From Actinomycetota bacterium (GTDB lineage: Bacteria > Actinomycetota > Actinomycetes > Nanopelagicales > Nanopelagicaceae), in NCBI GenBank assembly GCA_009701305.1, contig WLKK01000001.1:140-64139 (forward strand): a stretch of DNA of 64,000 nt. The letters are read 5' to 3'. The stretch's first letter is position 1, and each line of letters starts with the position of its first letter. Both the position numbers and the translations under genes were made by a program. This document shows, in pieces, positions 47,356 through 57,852 of this stretch. The notes under the pieces are model-generated. The model had not been told where the DNA came from, made no database searches, and saw only the letters and a program-made list of their open reading frames with translations.

Positions 47356-50300
47356 ATGGCAGTCGAATCCTTATTGCCTCATCTCAAATTGCAAGATCTA
47401 AGTTCAGCAATCACCTCTGGCAAAAAGGTAATAGCCCCAAACTCACTCCACTCTTGGTTAATTGCTCAATCTGCAAATTCAAATAGCGAAAATCAAAGTG
47501 CTCCAATCTTGGTGGTTACGCCAGGAAGCATTCTTGATTTGCAACGGGAATTACATGAGATTGCACCAGATTTAGTAATTCAAACTTTTCCTAATTGGGA
47601 AACTTTGCCACATGAAAGATTGAGTCCACAAAGCGATACGGTTGCAGCCAGATATAAAGCTTTAAATATGCTGCGTACAAATCAACCAATTGATATTTTG
47701 CTGACGCCCGTTCGTGCACTAATGCAACCATTTGTTAAAGGATTTGGTTCAATTGCTGCTCCAAAATTTGAAGCAGGTTTACAGATTGATATGCATGAAT
47801 GTGCAAGTGAATTAGTTTCACTTGGATATGTAAGAACTGACTTAGTTGAAAAACGTGGTGAGTTTGCAATTCGAGGTGGCTTACTTGATATTTTCCCACC
47901 ACAAGAAGATCACCCGGTCAGAGTTGAATTTTTTGATGACACAATTGAAGAAGTTCGTAGCTTCTCTATTGCCGATCAAAGAACTATGGCACTTATCGCC
48001 GGATCTGTGACAGCACTTCCTAGTCGTGAAATGGCCTTGACAGATGATGTCAAAAAACGAGCTGGAGCATTAGTCGAAAAGTATCCCGGGATCTCTGACC
48101 TGTTAGGAAAAATAGCAAACGGGATAGCCGCTGAAGGAATGGAATCTTTAATCCCAGCCTTGGTCGATTCAATGGAATCTTTAACTGAAGTACTTCCGGA
48201 GGGTTCAAAAGTAATTTTAGTTTCGCCTGATTTAATAAATTCTCGGGCTGGTGAATTAATTTCAACTGGACGCGAATTCCTAGAAGCATCCTGGCTTAAT
48301 GCCGCACATGGAAATACTGTTCCAATTGAATTAGGTAGAAGTTCATTTCTAGAGTTGGCTGAAGTTTTATCGGCACTACAAAATCGCAATTTCAATATTG
48401 GCTCTGTTGCACCATTTGGAATCGATGGTGATAATTCAGAGTTTGCCGAGTTTGAAGTGATTGAACCTATAAGGGGAAACATTGATCGCTTCACTCTGCA
48501 GATCAATGAAAAGATTAAAGCCGGATGGCGAGTCGTGATTACAGCCATAGGACATGGAACTGCCGAAAGATATGCAACTCTGCTTAATGATGCAGATATA
48601 CCCATGAAGCTAATAGAAGATTTGGCAGATCTCACACCAAATGTTGCGCATGTGACAACTTCAGCTATCAGATTTGGATTTAGCGCCCCACATGAAAAGA
48701 TTTTTTTGGTAACTGAACGAGATTTTGTTGGGGCTAAGGCTGTTAATACCGAAGGTGCTCGGCTTGCCCCCAGAAGAGGTAAAAGAATTGACCCGCTTGC
48801 ATTAAAAGATGGCGATTACGTCGTGCATGAAATCCATGGAGTAGGTCGTTTTATTGAAATGGTTGAGCGAGTAGTTGGGGGAACAACCCGCGAGTACTTA
48901 GTCATTGAATATGCTTCAAGCAAACGGGGCCAGCCAGCAGATCGACTTTATTTACCAACTGACTCATTAGATCAGATAACTCGTTATGTTGGTGGGGAAG
49001 CTCCAAGTGTGCACCGTATCGGTGGTGCAGATTGGCAAAAAGCAAAGGGACGAGCTAAAAAAGCGGTTCGTCAGATCGCTAGTGAGTTAATACAACTCTA
49101 TGCAGCACGCACAAGTTCACCAGGATTCGCATTTTCACCAGATACTCCATGGCAACGTGAATTAGAAGATGCATTTCCATTCTCAGAAACACCAGATCAA
49201 CTTTCAACAATTTCAGATGTAAAGGCGGATATGGAAAGACCGTATCCAATGGATCGGATTGTTTGCGGAGATGTTGGATTTGGAAAAACTGAGGTTGCAA
49301 TCCGTGCGGCATTCAAGGCAGTCCAGGATGGAAAACAAGTTTCAATTTTGTGTCCAACCACATTGCTTGTGCAACAACATTTAACAACTTTTAGAGAACG
49401 TTATTCAGGTTTTCCAATTAGAGTTGAAGCGCTATCTCGTTTTTCAACGCAAGGGGAGATCAAAAAAGTACTCACAGATTTAGCATCAGGAAGTGTTGAT
49501 GTAGTTATCGGTACCCACAGGTTACTTTCTACTGATGTGATTTTTAGAGATTTGGGTTTGATGGTTGTAGATGAAGAGCAAAGGTTTGGAGTCGAACACA
49601 AAGAGATATTGAAGAAATTTAGGGCTCATGTTGATGTTTTATCAATGTCGGCAACTCCGATTCCGCGCACACTAGAAATGTCTATTACGGGTATTCGTGA
49701 AATGTCTATTATGGCTACTCCTCCTGAGGAGCGGCATCCAATTCTGACTTATGTTGGTGAGTATGAAGAGAAACAGATTACTGCAGCCATCAGAAGAGAG
49801 TTATTAAGAGATGGTCAGATTTTTTATATTCATAACAGAGTTGAGAGTATAGATAGAGCAGTAATTAGATTGCATGGGTTGGTACCAGAAGCCAGAATTA
49901 GGATCGCTCACGGTCAAATGTCGGAAGATGCTCTTGAAAAAGTAATTGTCTCTTTTTGGGAAAAAGAGTTTGATATGTTGGTTTGTACAACAATTGTAGA
50001 AAATGGAATTGATATTCCTAATGCAAATACTTTGATTGTCGAACGTGCAGATCTGATGGGTTTATCACAACTTCATCAATTACGTGGAAGAGTTGGCCGC
50101 GGTCGTGAACGTGGTTATGCGTATTTCTTGTATCCAACTGAAAAGCCATTAACTGAAACTGCATTTGATCGGCTTGCAACTATTGCCGCCAACACTGAAC
50201 TTGGATCAGGAATGCAAGTTGCATTAAAAGATTTAGAGATCCGCGGTGCCGGAAATCTATTAGGTGGGGAGCAATCTGGACACATCGCAGATGTTGGTTT

Positions 50301-50835
50301 TGATTTATATATGCGCATGATTGGCGAAGCTGTTTCAGAGTTCCGCGGGAAGAAGCCAGAAAACCTTGATTGCAAAATCGAATTACCTGTAGATGCGCAT
50401 TTGCCGCATGATTATGTGGAAAGCGAACGAGTTAGATTAGATATTTACCGAAGATTGGCTGACTCTAAAAATGATGTGGAAGTAAATGAGATATCAGCAG
50501 AATTGCTAGATCGGTTCGGCGCACTGCCTGATGTGGTTTTAAATTTAATGAATGTTGCGAAATTACGGGCAACGGCCAAAGCTCGTGCATTGCGGGAAGT
50601 TGTAATGCATGGGAAATTCCTGAGATTGGCTCCAATTATTTTGAGTGATTCGCTCTCGGTTCGAATGGATCGGATCTACCCAGGACATATATATAAGGCA
50701 ACTGCTGAAACCCTGCTTTTGCCTACACCGGGATCTCGAAATCTCGCCAATTCGCTCACACCTATGGCCATAGGGAATACTGAACTCCTGAGTTGGGTAA
50801 ATGAGGCACTCGAAAATGCAGCGCCGATAAAATAG
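47356..50835 (+). CDS. mfd: Transcription-repair coupling factor
   Basis: About 1159 aa from ATG 47356 (track start is TTG 47320). It has a UvrB-like N-terminus, the RNAP-interacting region (DYVVHEIHGVGRF), and superfamily-2 helicase motifs GDVGFGKTE, DEEQRFG and QLHQLRGRVGRG. Confidence 0.96.
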   Translation: MAVESLLPHLKLQDLSSAITSGKKVIAPNSLHSWLIAQSANSNSENQSAPILVVTPGSILDLQRELHEIAPDLVIQTFPNWETLPHERLSPQSDTVAARYKALNMLRTNQPIDILLTPVRALMQPFVKGFGSIAAPKFEAGLQIDMHECASELVSLGYVRTDLVEKRGEFAIRGGLLDIFPPQEDHPVRVEFFDDTIEEVRSFSIADQRTMALIAGSVTALPSREMALTDDVKKRAGALVEKYPGISDLLGKIANGIAAEGMESLIPALVDSMESLTEVLPEGSKVILVSPDLINSRAGELISTGREFLEASWLNAAHGNTVPIELGRSSFLELAEVLSALQNRNFNIGSVAPFGIDGDNSEFAEFEVIEPIRGNIDRFTLQINEKIKAGWRVVITAIGHGTAERYATLLNDADIPMKLIEDLADLTPNVAHVTTSAIRFGFSAPHEKIFLVTERDFVGAKAVNTEGARLAPRRGKRIDPLALKDGDYVVHEIHGVGRFIEMVERVVGGTTREYLVIEYASSKRGQPADRLYLPTDSLDQITRYVGGEAPSVHRIGGADWQKAKGRAKKAVRQIASELIQLYAARTSSPGFAFSPDTPWQRELEDAFPFSETPDQLSTISDVKADMERPYPMDRIVCGDVGFGKTEVAIRAAFKAVQDGKQVSILCPTTLLVQQHLTTFRERYSGFPIRVEALSRFSTQGEIKKVLTDLASGSVDVVIGTHRLLSTDVIFRDLGLMVVDEEQRFGVEHKEILKKFRAHVDVLSMSATPIPRTLEMSITGIREMSIMATPPEERHPILTYVGEYEEKQITAAIRRELLRDGQIFYIHNRVESIDRAVIRLHGLVPEARIRIAHGQMSEDALEKVIVSFWEKEFDMLVCTTIVENGIDIPNANTLIVERADLMGLSQLHQLRGRVGRGRERGYAYFLYPTEKPLTETAFDRLATIAANTELGSGMQVALKDLEIRGAGNLLGGEQSGHIADVGFDLYMRMIGEAVSEFRGKKPENLDCKIELPVDAHLPHDYVESERVRLDIYRRLADSKNDVEVNEISAELLDRFGALPDVVLNLMNVAKLRATAKARALREVVMHGKFLRLAPIILSDSLSVRMDRIYPGHIYKATAETLLLPTPGSRNLANSLTPMAIGNTELLSWVNEALENAAPIK

Positions 50836-50845
50836 GGAGTCTGGA

Positions 50846-51484
50846 ATGAGCTTGGAGAAAAATATGAAATTGCGCAAAATCAAGGCATTGCAAATCGGTG
50901 GCTTACTCATCGTTGGTGCCATTCTTGCTGGGTGCGCTAATTCAAGTTCAGCCGTAAGTATGAAACATGGCTCAATCTCTATTTCAAATTTGCAATCCAC
51001 TATTAATGCGATAACTGCAGAGCGAATTGCAACAAATACCACGCCTGAAAATGCGTTAACAGGTGCCGATTTAGTACGTGCCCAGTTGCGCCTAAAAATA
51101 ATTTCTTTTTTGCTGCACCGTGGAGCAAGTGAAAAAGGCATAACTCTTAACCCTGCTGAAGTCGCTGCAAATCGGGCAAAGATTGTTGCTCAGGTCGGTG
51201 GAGAAACCGCCATGCCTGCAGCTCTTGCAAATGCTTCCATCGCTGCCAGTGATTTAGATCGCTATATCGAAGATATTATTATCCAAGGAAGTCTGCGCAC
51301 GAAGTTAGTTGCGCCAACTGCAACTGACCAAGATTTCAGTATTGCTTTGCAAAAATATGTAAGTGAAATTGGAGCTCGTGAAAAAGTTAAGTTAAATCCA
51401 CGTTATGGAACATGGGTTGCGGCTACTTCAGATATCAATCCAATTGATGCCACCAATGGCGCCGTAACTGATCCTGCCAAATAA
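50846..51484 (+). CDS. Lipoprotein, SurA N-terminal-domain-like
   Basis: 212 aa with lipobox LLIVGAILAGC. It occupies the mfd-mazG position where actinobacteria commonly carry a SurA-N-like protein. The family call is tentative. Confidence 0.65.
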   Translation: MSLEKNMKLRKIKALQIGGLLIVGAILAGCANSSSAVSMKHGSISISNLQSTINAITAERIATNTTPENALTGADLVRAQLRLKIISFLLHRGASEKGITLNPAEVAANRAKIVAQVGGETAMPAALANASIAASDLDRYIEDIIIQGSLRTKLVAPTATDQDFSIALQKYVSEIGAREKVKLNPRYGTWVAATSDINPIDATNGAVTDPAK

Positions 51485-51493
51485 CGTACAACG

Positions 51494-52138
51494 ATGATCG
51501 AAAAATCCCAGCTTCAACATTTAGTTGAAGTTATGGATCGTTTGCGCGCACCAGGGGGATGTCCCTGGGATGCACAACAAACACATGAATCATTACTGAC
51601 CTATTTGATTGAAGAAAGTTATGAGTTTATTGATGCAGTCGAGCGATCTGATCGTGCAGAGATGCTCGAAGAACTTGGTGATATTTTGCTGCAAGTTGTT
51701 TTTCACGCTCGAATTGCCAGCGAAGAGAATGGCCTTGGGTTTAATATCGAAGATGTAGCAAAAGGGATTAGCAACAAATTAATTAGCCGCCACCCTCATG
51801 TTTTTTCAGAAGAAAAGCAATTAACTCCAAAAGAGGTTGAAGTTAATTGGGAGAAAATTAAAAGTGCCGAGAAAGATCGAAAATCTGCCGGGGATGGTGT
51901 GCCATTAGGTCAACCAGCCTTAGCATTGACCGCCAAATTGATTCATAGAGCTAAGAAACATGGAGAACGTGCAGAGCCAGTAGTTGAGATCAAAAATCCA
52001 CCTGTTGTGGATCAGGCCACTATCGGGGATTTACTTTTCGCTGTAGTTGCACTTGCCACCGAGCATGGGGTTGATCCAGAGCAAGCCATGCGAAATAAGG
52101 CACGTGCTTATAAAGAATCGCTATCCAGAAGCGAATAG
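51494..52138 (+). CDS. mazG: MazG nucleoside triphosphate pyrophosphohydrolase
   Basis: 214 aa with GGCPWDAQQTHESLLTYLIEESYEFIDA and EELGDILLQV. Confidence 0.93.
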   Translation: MIEKSQLQHLVEVMDRLRAPGGCPWDAQQTHESLLTYLIEESYEFIDAVERSDRAEMLEELGDILLQVVFHARIASEENGLGFNIEDVAKGISNKLISRHPHVFSEEKQLTPKEVEVNWEKIKSAEKDRKSAGDGVPLGQPALALTAKLIHRAKKHGERAEPVVEIKNPPVVDQATIGDLLFAVVALATEHGVDPEQAMRNKARAYKESLSRSE

Positions 52139-52195
52139 AATTAAGGCTTGACCTGAAATACCTGAAATATTAGGTCTTAAAAAAAGGAGTAGTAA

Positions 52196-53488
<1,293 letters not shown>

Positions 53489-53511
53489 TTTTAATTAGGC
53501 GGTGAATTTCA

Positions 53512-53928
53512 TTGGCAAAGCGAATTAAAGGAGTTACCAGCAGATTTGTCGCGCTATCGGTGGTCTTTTTTCTAATTGCTTTAACTATCGCACCGCCAAT
53601 GCAAAGATATTTTAGTCAACGAGCCCAAATTAGTGCCGTGGAAGCACAGATAGGTGCGAGCAAAGAGCGTTTACAAAATGCTGAAGCCGAGTTAGCAAGA
53701 TGGCGGGATCCTGCTTATGTGAAATCACAAGCAAGAAATCGATTGCACTTCGTTCTTCCAGGGGAGCGTCAATACATTGTGGTTGGAGCAAAATCCCAAT
53801 CGCAAAGTGCAGCAGATGAACAAAACTCTGTCGCAGATCAACTTCCAGATCATGCACCTTGGTATGAGCGATTAATTTCATCAATCCAAACAGTGGCCAC
53901 TTCTGGAGCAGTAATTGAAACCAAGTGA
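53512..53928 (+). CDS. ftsB: Septum formation initiator (FtsB/DivIC-like)
   Basis: 138 aa with a single TM helix (FVALSVVFFLIALTIAPP) followed by a coiled coil (ISAVEAQIGASKERLQNAEAELARW). It has the conserved position after eno. Confidence 0.8.
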   Translation: MAKRIKGVTSRFVALSVVFFLIALTIAPPMQRYFSQRAQISAVEAQIGASKERLQNAEAELARWRDPAYVKSQARNRLHFVLPGERQYIVVGAKSQSQSAADEQNSVADQLPDHAPWYERLISSIQTVATSGAVIETK

Positions 53929-54418
53929 ACGAGATCTAGAAGTTGTACAGGAGCAACTAGGTAGAACTCCGCGAGATGTACATGGTGTTGCTCATCGGTG
54001 TCCATGTGGTGAAGTAAGTGTTGTAGAGACCCCACCTCGTTTGGGTGATGGAACTCCATTCCCCACTTTTTACTATGCGACTTGTCCGCGTTTAACTGGA
54101 GCCATCTCAACTTTAGAGACCACCGGGATGATGGGTGAGATGAGTTCAAGATTAGAAAATGATCCAGAGTTAAACGGCGCATATAAAGCAGCACACCTTG
54201 ATTACATAGCTGCACGCAGTGCTCTAGGAATCGATGTTCCGGAGGTTGAAAACATAAGCGCTGGCGGAATGCCAGATCGGGTGAAATGTTTACATTCATT
54301 AGTAGCGCATTCTTTGGGTGCTGGCCCTGGGGTGAATCCATTAGGTGATGAAGCGTTAGCCGCATTGCCGCAATGGTGGCTTGAAAACCCATGCAGTGCT
54401 TTTGGTACGCAGGAATGA
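53915..54418 (+). CDS. DUF501 family protein
   Basis: 167 aa with CPCGEVSVVETPPRLGDGTPFPTFYYATCPRL. It overlaps the ftsB end by 14 nt. Confidence 0.85.
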   Translation: MKPSERDLEVVQEQLGRTPRDVHGVAHRCPCGEVSVVETPPRLGDGTPFPTFYYATCPRLTGAISTLETTGMMGEMSSRLENDPELNGAYKAAHLDYIAARSALGIDVPEVENISAGGMPDRVKCLHSLVAHSLGAGPGVNPLGDEALAALPQWWLENPCSAFGTQE

Positions 54419-55338
54419 GACGAGTTGCAGCGCTAGATTGCGGAACAAATTCAATTAGATTACTTATCGCTGAAGAAAATCCGGGAGCAAGTGCTTTTAC
54501 TGAGATTTCACGGAAGATGTCGATCGTAAAACTTGGTGAAGGCGTAGATAAAAACAAAGCATTTCTGCCTGATGCAATTTCACGCACTCTTGCAGCACTA
54601 AAAGCATTTGCTGCAGAGATTGCCGAAGCTAAAGTAGAGAAAGTGCGTTTTTGTGCAACTAGCGCAACAAGAGATGCCCAAAACCGTGATGACTTCCTAA
54701 TTCCAGTGGCCCAAATATTAGGAATTACACCAGAAGTTATTTCAGGTGACGAAGAAGCCAAACTCTCTTTTTTGGGTGCAACGCAGGCTTTATCCAAAAG
54801 CGATGGCCCCTTTTTAGTAATAGACATTGGTGGGGGTTCAACTGAGTTTGTTTTTGGTGTTGAGCAAGTTGAGGCGGCGCGAAGCGTAAATATCGGATGT
54901 GTTCGCATGAGTGAACGTCATTTCAAAAATGATCCGCCAAATCAAAGTGAGATTGATTCTGCCCGCATAGATATCAGGAATGCGATTGCGCAAGCCGCCG
55001 AAGTTGTTCCGATTAAGAATGCTAAAACTTTAGTTGCAGTAGCTGGCACTGCAACAACAGTTGCGGCAGCTGCATTAAATCTTGCTGAATACGATTCTGA
55101 ATTAATTCACTTGGCAAAAATAAGTGCGAAAGAAACGCGCAGAGTTTCAGACTGGCTCTTAACACTTACTAGACAAGAGCGTTCTGATCTTGGATATATG
55201 CACCCCGGTCGAGTCGACGTAATTGCTGCCGGATCTCTGGTCCTTGCTGAAATTATCAAAGCAACAGGGCTAGAAAGTTTTGTAGCAAGTGAAAATGATA
55301 TTTTGGATGGAATGGTTTGGTCGATGTTAAATGCTTAG
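54415..55338 (+). CDS. ppx: Exopolyphosphatase / Ppx-GppA family phosphatase
   Basis: MRRVAALDCGTNSIRLLI and IDIGGGSTEF. ATG 54415 overlaps the DUF501 stop (ATGA); the track start is 54391. Confidence 0.92.
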   Translation: MRRVAALDCGTNSIRLLIAEENPGASAFTEISRKMSIVKLGEGVDKNKAFLPDAISRTLAALKAFAAEIAEAKVEKVRFCATSATRDAQNRDDFLIPVAQILGITPEVISGDEEAKLSFLGATQALSKSDGPFLVIDIGGGSTEFVFGVEQVEAARSVNIGCVRMSERHFKNDPPNQSEIDSARIDIRNAIAQAAEVVPIKNAKTLVAVAGTATTVAAAALNLAEYDSELIHLAKISAKETRRVSDWLLTLTRQERSDLGYMHPGRVDVIAAGSLVLAEIIKATGLESFVASENDILDGMVWSMLNA

Positions 55339-56047
55339 TGAAGTCGCAATATCTAAATTAGCCGATATCAAAGCTCTAGACAAAGAATTAATTAAGTGCG
55401 ACGGATGTTTGCGTTTAAAACTTTGGCGTGAAGAAGTTGCCGTAACTAAGCGACGTGCGTATCAAGATGAAACTTATTGGGGAAAGCCGGTTCCGGGCTT
55501 TGGCCCGGTTGACGCCCAAATTATTTTGGTGGGTCTAGCCCCTGGCGCACATGGTGCCAATCGCACCGGCCGAATATTTACTGGTGATGCTTCAGGTGAT
55601 TGGCTATTTCCAGAATTATTTTCTGCGGGTCTTGCAAATCAACCAACAAGCAAGGGAATTGATGACGGTTTGCAATTAATTAATACTCGTGTCTTATGTG
55701 CAGTTAGATGTGTTCCACCAGACAACAAAGCAGAAACAAGTGAGCGAGATACCTGTTCTGTTTGGTTTAATCGTGAAATAGCAATATTGATGCCAACTGC
55801 AAAAGTTTTTGTGGCCCTAGGTGCATTTGCTTGGGACAGTTTGTGGCGCACTTTAAGAGCGCAATCTGATCAGTTGCCTGTAAAAAAAGTGGCTTTTGGT
55901 CATGGTGCAGAAGTGATTTTTGGAGACCAACTCTTATTGGCCTCATTTCACCCAAGCCAGCAAAATACTGCCACTGGAAAGCTGAAGGTTGGGGCAATGG
56001 CAGAGATCTTCCTGAGAGCAGGTAGATTTACCCGCTCAGGCAAGTAG
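55331..56047 (+). CDS. Uracil-DNA glycosylase superfamily protein (family 5/UdgB-like, Fe-S type)
   Basis: 238 aa with motif A LVGLAPGAHGANRTGRIFTGD and motif B ASFHPSQQN. N-terminal Cys residues (CDGC) and others fit a 4Fe-4S cluster. Confidence 0.82.
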   Translation: MLSEVAISKLADIKALDKELIKCDGCLRLKLWREEVAVTKRRAYQDETYWGKPVPGFGPVDAQIILVGLAPGAHGANRTGRIFTGDASGDWLFPELFSAGLANQPTSKGIDDGLQLINTRVLCAVRCVPPDNKAETSERDTCSVWFNREIAILMPTAKVFVALGAFAWDSLWRTLRAQSDQLPVKKVAFGHGAEVIFGDQLLLASFHPSQQNTATGKLKVGAMAEIFLRAGRFTRSGK

Positions 56048-56062
56048 CAGCAAATGAAGCAC

Positions 56063-56138
56063 GCCCCGATAGCCCAATGGCAGAGGCAGAGGACTTAAAA
56101 TCCTCCCAGTGTGGGTTCGACCCCCACTCGGGGCACCA
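56063..56138 (+). tRNA. tRNA-Leu(UAA)-like gene with atypical 5-nt variable loop
   Basis: Acceptor GCCCCGA/TCGGGGC, 3-bp D stem GCC/GGC with loop CAATGGCAGA, anticodon arm GAGGA-CTTAAAA-TCCTC, variable CCAGT, T arm GTGGG-TTCGACC-CCCAC, A73, encoded CCA. It is 73 nt plus CCA. Confidence 0.7.
56111..56136 (+). repeat. Direct repeat copy 1 (tRNA-Leu T arm plus 3' acceptor), att-like
   Basis: GTGGGTTCGACCCCCACTCGGGGCAC is identical to 57853-57878. Confidence 0.95.
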
Positions 56139-56231
56139 GTTCGTACTTTAAGAATTTCGCACTCAGTGTGAATAATTAATTAATGAATTAAGAATGCATA
56201 TAGGCTATTTATATGGGAAAGATTCTCGAAA

Positions 56232-57839
56232 TTGCGTAGAACTTATTTTTCTACAAAGGGGATTACTCGCGTATTACTCCTCGTAGCTGTGTTTGCTTCG
56301 ACATTTACATCGACGGAGATTGCCTCGAGCGCTCAACTCTACAAAGTTAGAATTGGGGAAATAGGGAAAACGGACCTTTTTTTTGTTGGCCACAAAGCCT
56401 TCAAATATACCGAAAGAGGTTATAACTCGTACTACGGTGCAAATCTATATTTAATTCCCTGCTTAACGGCAAAAGATTCTGATTGCATTGAGTCATTGAG
56501 TTATCGAGTAAGTAACTCGCAAGAATGGAAAAAAGCTGAGTTGGACTCAAGTTGGACAATTCCTGCAACTGGGGTCCCGATGATTGGATCCGATAAAGGT
56601 TCAAACGCTACATTCGTTATTAAGAGTCTAGTAGCAACGCCTGCTGACCCAGAAAATAATTATCCCGCCAGTGGAGCTACCTCCATCTGGAAAGTTTCCC
56701 AAACAGGGCATGACTCAAATTTTAGACTCTTTTTGAACTTTAACCTTAGCGGGACAAATCCTGATCCGAAATCAGAAAAAATAATCTGGAAAGAATTCAC
56801 CACTCAAGTGCTCCCAATCTCTGGTTATTTTCCACACTCAGGTGGAATCCCAAGCGGGAGAGCCGATAATTCTTTTGGAAATATTTCAGGGCTTAAAGTT
56901 AAAGTTAGGGTGGGGATCCTTAAACAAATCCTTAATGGTTGGGTGCATTCAAGAACGACCAACCCTGAACTATCGTATGGAGTTGACTCAAGTTCTGGGG
57001 AATTTGTGGACTTCTCAGGAGCTCCACTTTCTGTACCCACAGCGGAAGCGGTTATGGATGCAACCCAATATTTGTCTGTATGGAAAAAACCGTATTTTGA
57101 GGCCCTGGTAAAACTATATGGTTTGCCTGATCTTTCTGATCTCGTGAAGAATCCTCCGGGTGTAGGTATGTGGCCGTCCACTAGTGGCATCGAGCAGGGT
57201 GAATTGAAGATGTGGAGCGCGTATGAACCTTATTGGTCAAAGACAGCAGCTTCCATATCTTCTTTGTGGAAGATCAGTGGGGAAGGAAATCTAAACTTAC
57301 AAAAATTCAATTCATCTGAATGTGTCTCTCAAGGAAAAATCGATGGAATCCTTGCTACTAACGCAACGCAGTATTCTCCCACCCCACCTATTTTTGACGA
57401 AAGTAGCCAGGAACTTTCCTATCAACTCGCAGCCCCCCACTTTAAAGATGCTAATGAAGAATTCAAAGGTACCTATTCTCTTGTTATTTCTGAAAAGTTA
57501 GCCCATTGCATTTGGGGTAAATCGTTAACTAATGCATCTGCGAGAGTCTCGATTTTAAACTCTGATGGTAGAAGTTCAGTTGTGAGCCAATCTTTGAACA
57601 AACGATCAGGGTTTTACTATTTTGATGTAAATGGATTTGGTTTTTCTGCGCCAACAATTCGTATTAAATTAACACAGGATGCTGTTGCGGATTCGCCAAC
57701 TCCTTCGGCCACCCCAACTCCGAAGATTGCAATAGCGACCCCAAAGAAGATGAGCACCATCACCTGCATAAAGGGAAAGACAACCAAGAAAATAACTGGT
57801 GTAATTCCGAAGTGTCCAGCGGGCTATAAGAAGAAGTAA
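56232..57839 (+). CDS. Secreted/cell-surface protein of unknown function
   Basis: 535 aa with a TTG start and signal/anchor RVLLLVAVFASTFTSTEIASSA. A P/T/S linker is followed by a lysine-rich two-Cys C-terminal module, TITCIKGKTTKKITGVIPKCPAGYKKK. Confidence 0.75.
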   Translation: MRRTYFSTKGITRVLLLVAVFASTFTSTEIASSAQLYKVRIGEIGKTDLFFVGHKAFKYTERGYNSYYGANLYLIPCLTAKDSDCIESLSYRVSNSQEWKKAELDSSWTIPATGVPMIGSDKGSNATFVIKSLVATPADPENNYPASGATSIWKVSQTGHDSNFRLFLNFNLSGTNPDPKSEKIIWKEFTTQVLPISGYFPHSGGIPSGRADNSFGNISGLKVKVRVGILKQILNGWVHSRTTNPELSYGVDSSSGEFVDFSGAPLSVPTAEAVMDATQYLSVWKKPYFEALVKLYGLPDLSDLVKNPPGVGMWPSTSGIEQGELKMWSAYEPYWSKTAASISSLWKISGEGNLNLQKFNSSECVSQGKIDGILATNATQYSPTPPIFDESSQELSYQLAAPHFKDANEEFKGTYSLVISEKLAHCIWGKSLTNASARVSILNSDGRSSVVSQSLNKRSGFYYFDVNGFGFSAPTIRIKLTQDAVADSPTPSATPTPKIAIATPKKMSTITCIKGKTTKKITGVIPKCPAGYKKK

Positions 57840-57852
57840 ACGACTCGGGATG

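Noticed and set aside
47976-48635. 219-aa minus-strand ORF, and similar long antisense ORFs at 16847-17419, 36646-37116, 37375-37848, 39933-40439, 42992-43486, 50563-51141 and 62306-62887
   Set aside because: Each lies entirely inside, and antisense to, a confidently identified gene (mfd, MMPL, glmU/prs, prs, FGGY kinase, DUF4432, mfd/lipoprotein, lyase). All have low-complexity Ser/Ala/Ile-rich translations and no motifs.
52148-52176. Sigma-70-type promoter for eno (TTGACC, 17 nt, TAGGTC) with a CCTGAAATA x2 repeat
   Set aside because: The -35 hexamer is good but the -10 candidate lacks the final T and no better hexamer is correctly spaced. This is too weak to report as a feature.
53850-54908. 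352-aa minus-strand ORF, the longest unexplained ORF in the track
   Set aside because: It is fully antisense to ftsB, DUF501 and ppx, all of which have clear family motifs. Its product is Ser/Ala/Leu-rich with no motifs, as expected for the reverse frame of real genes.
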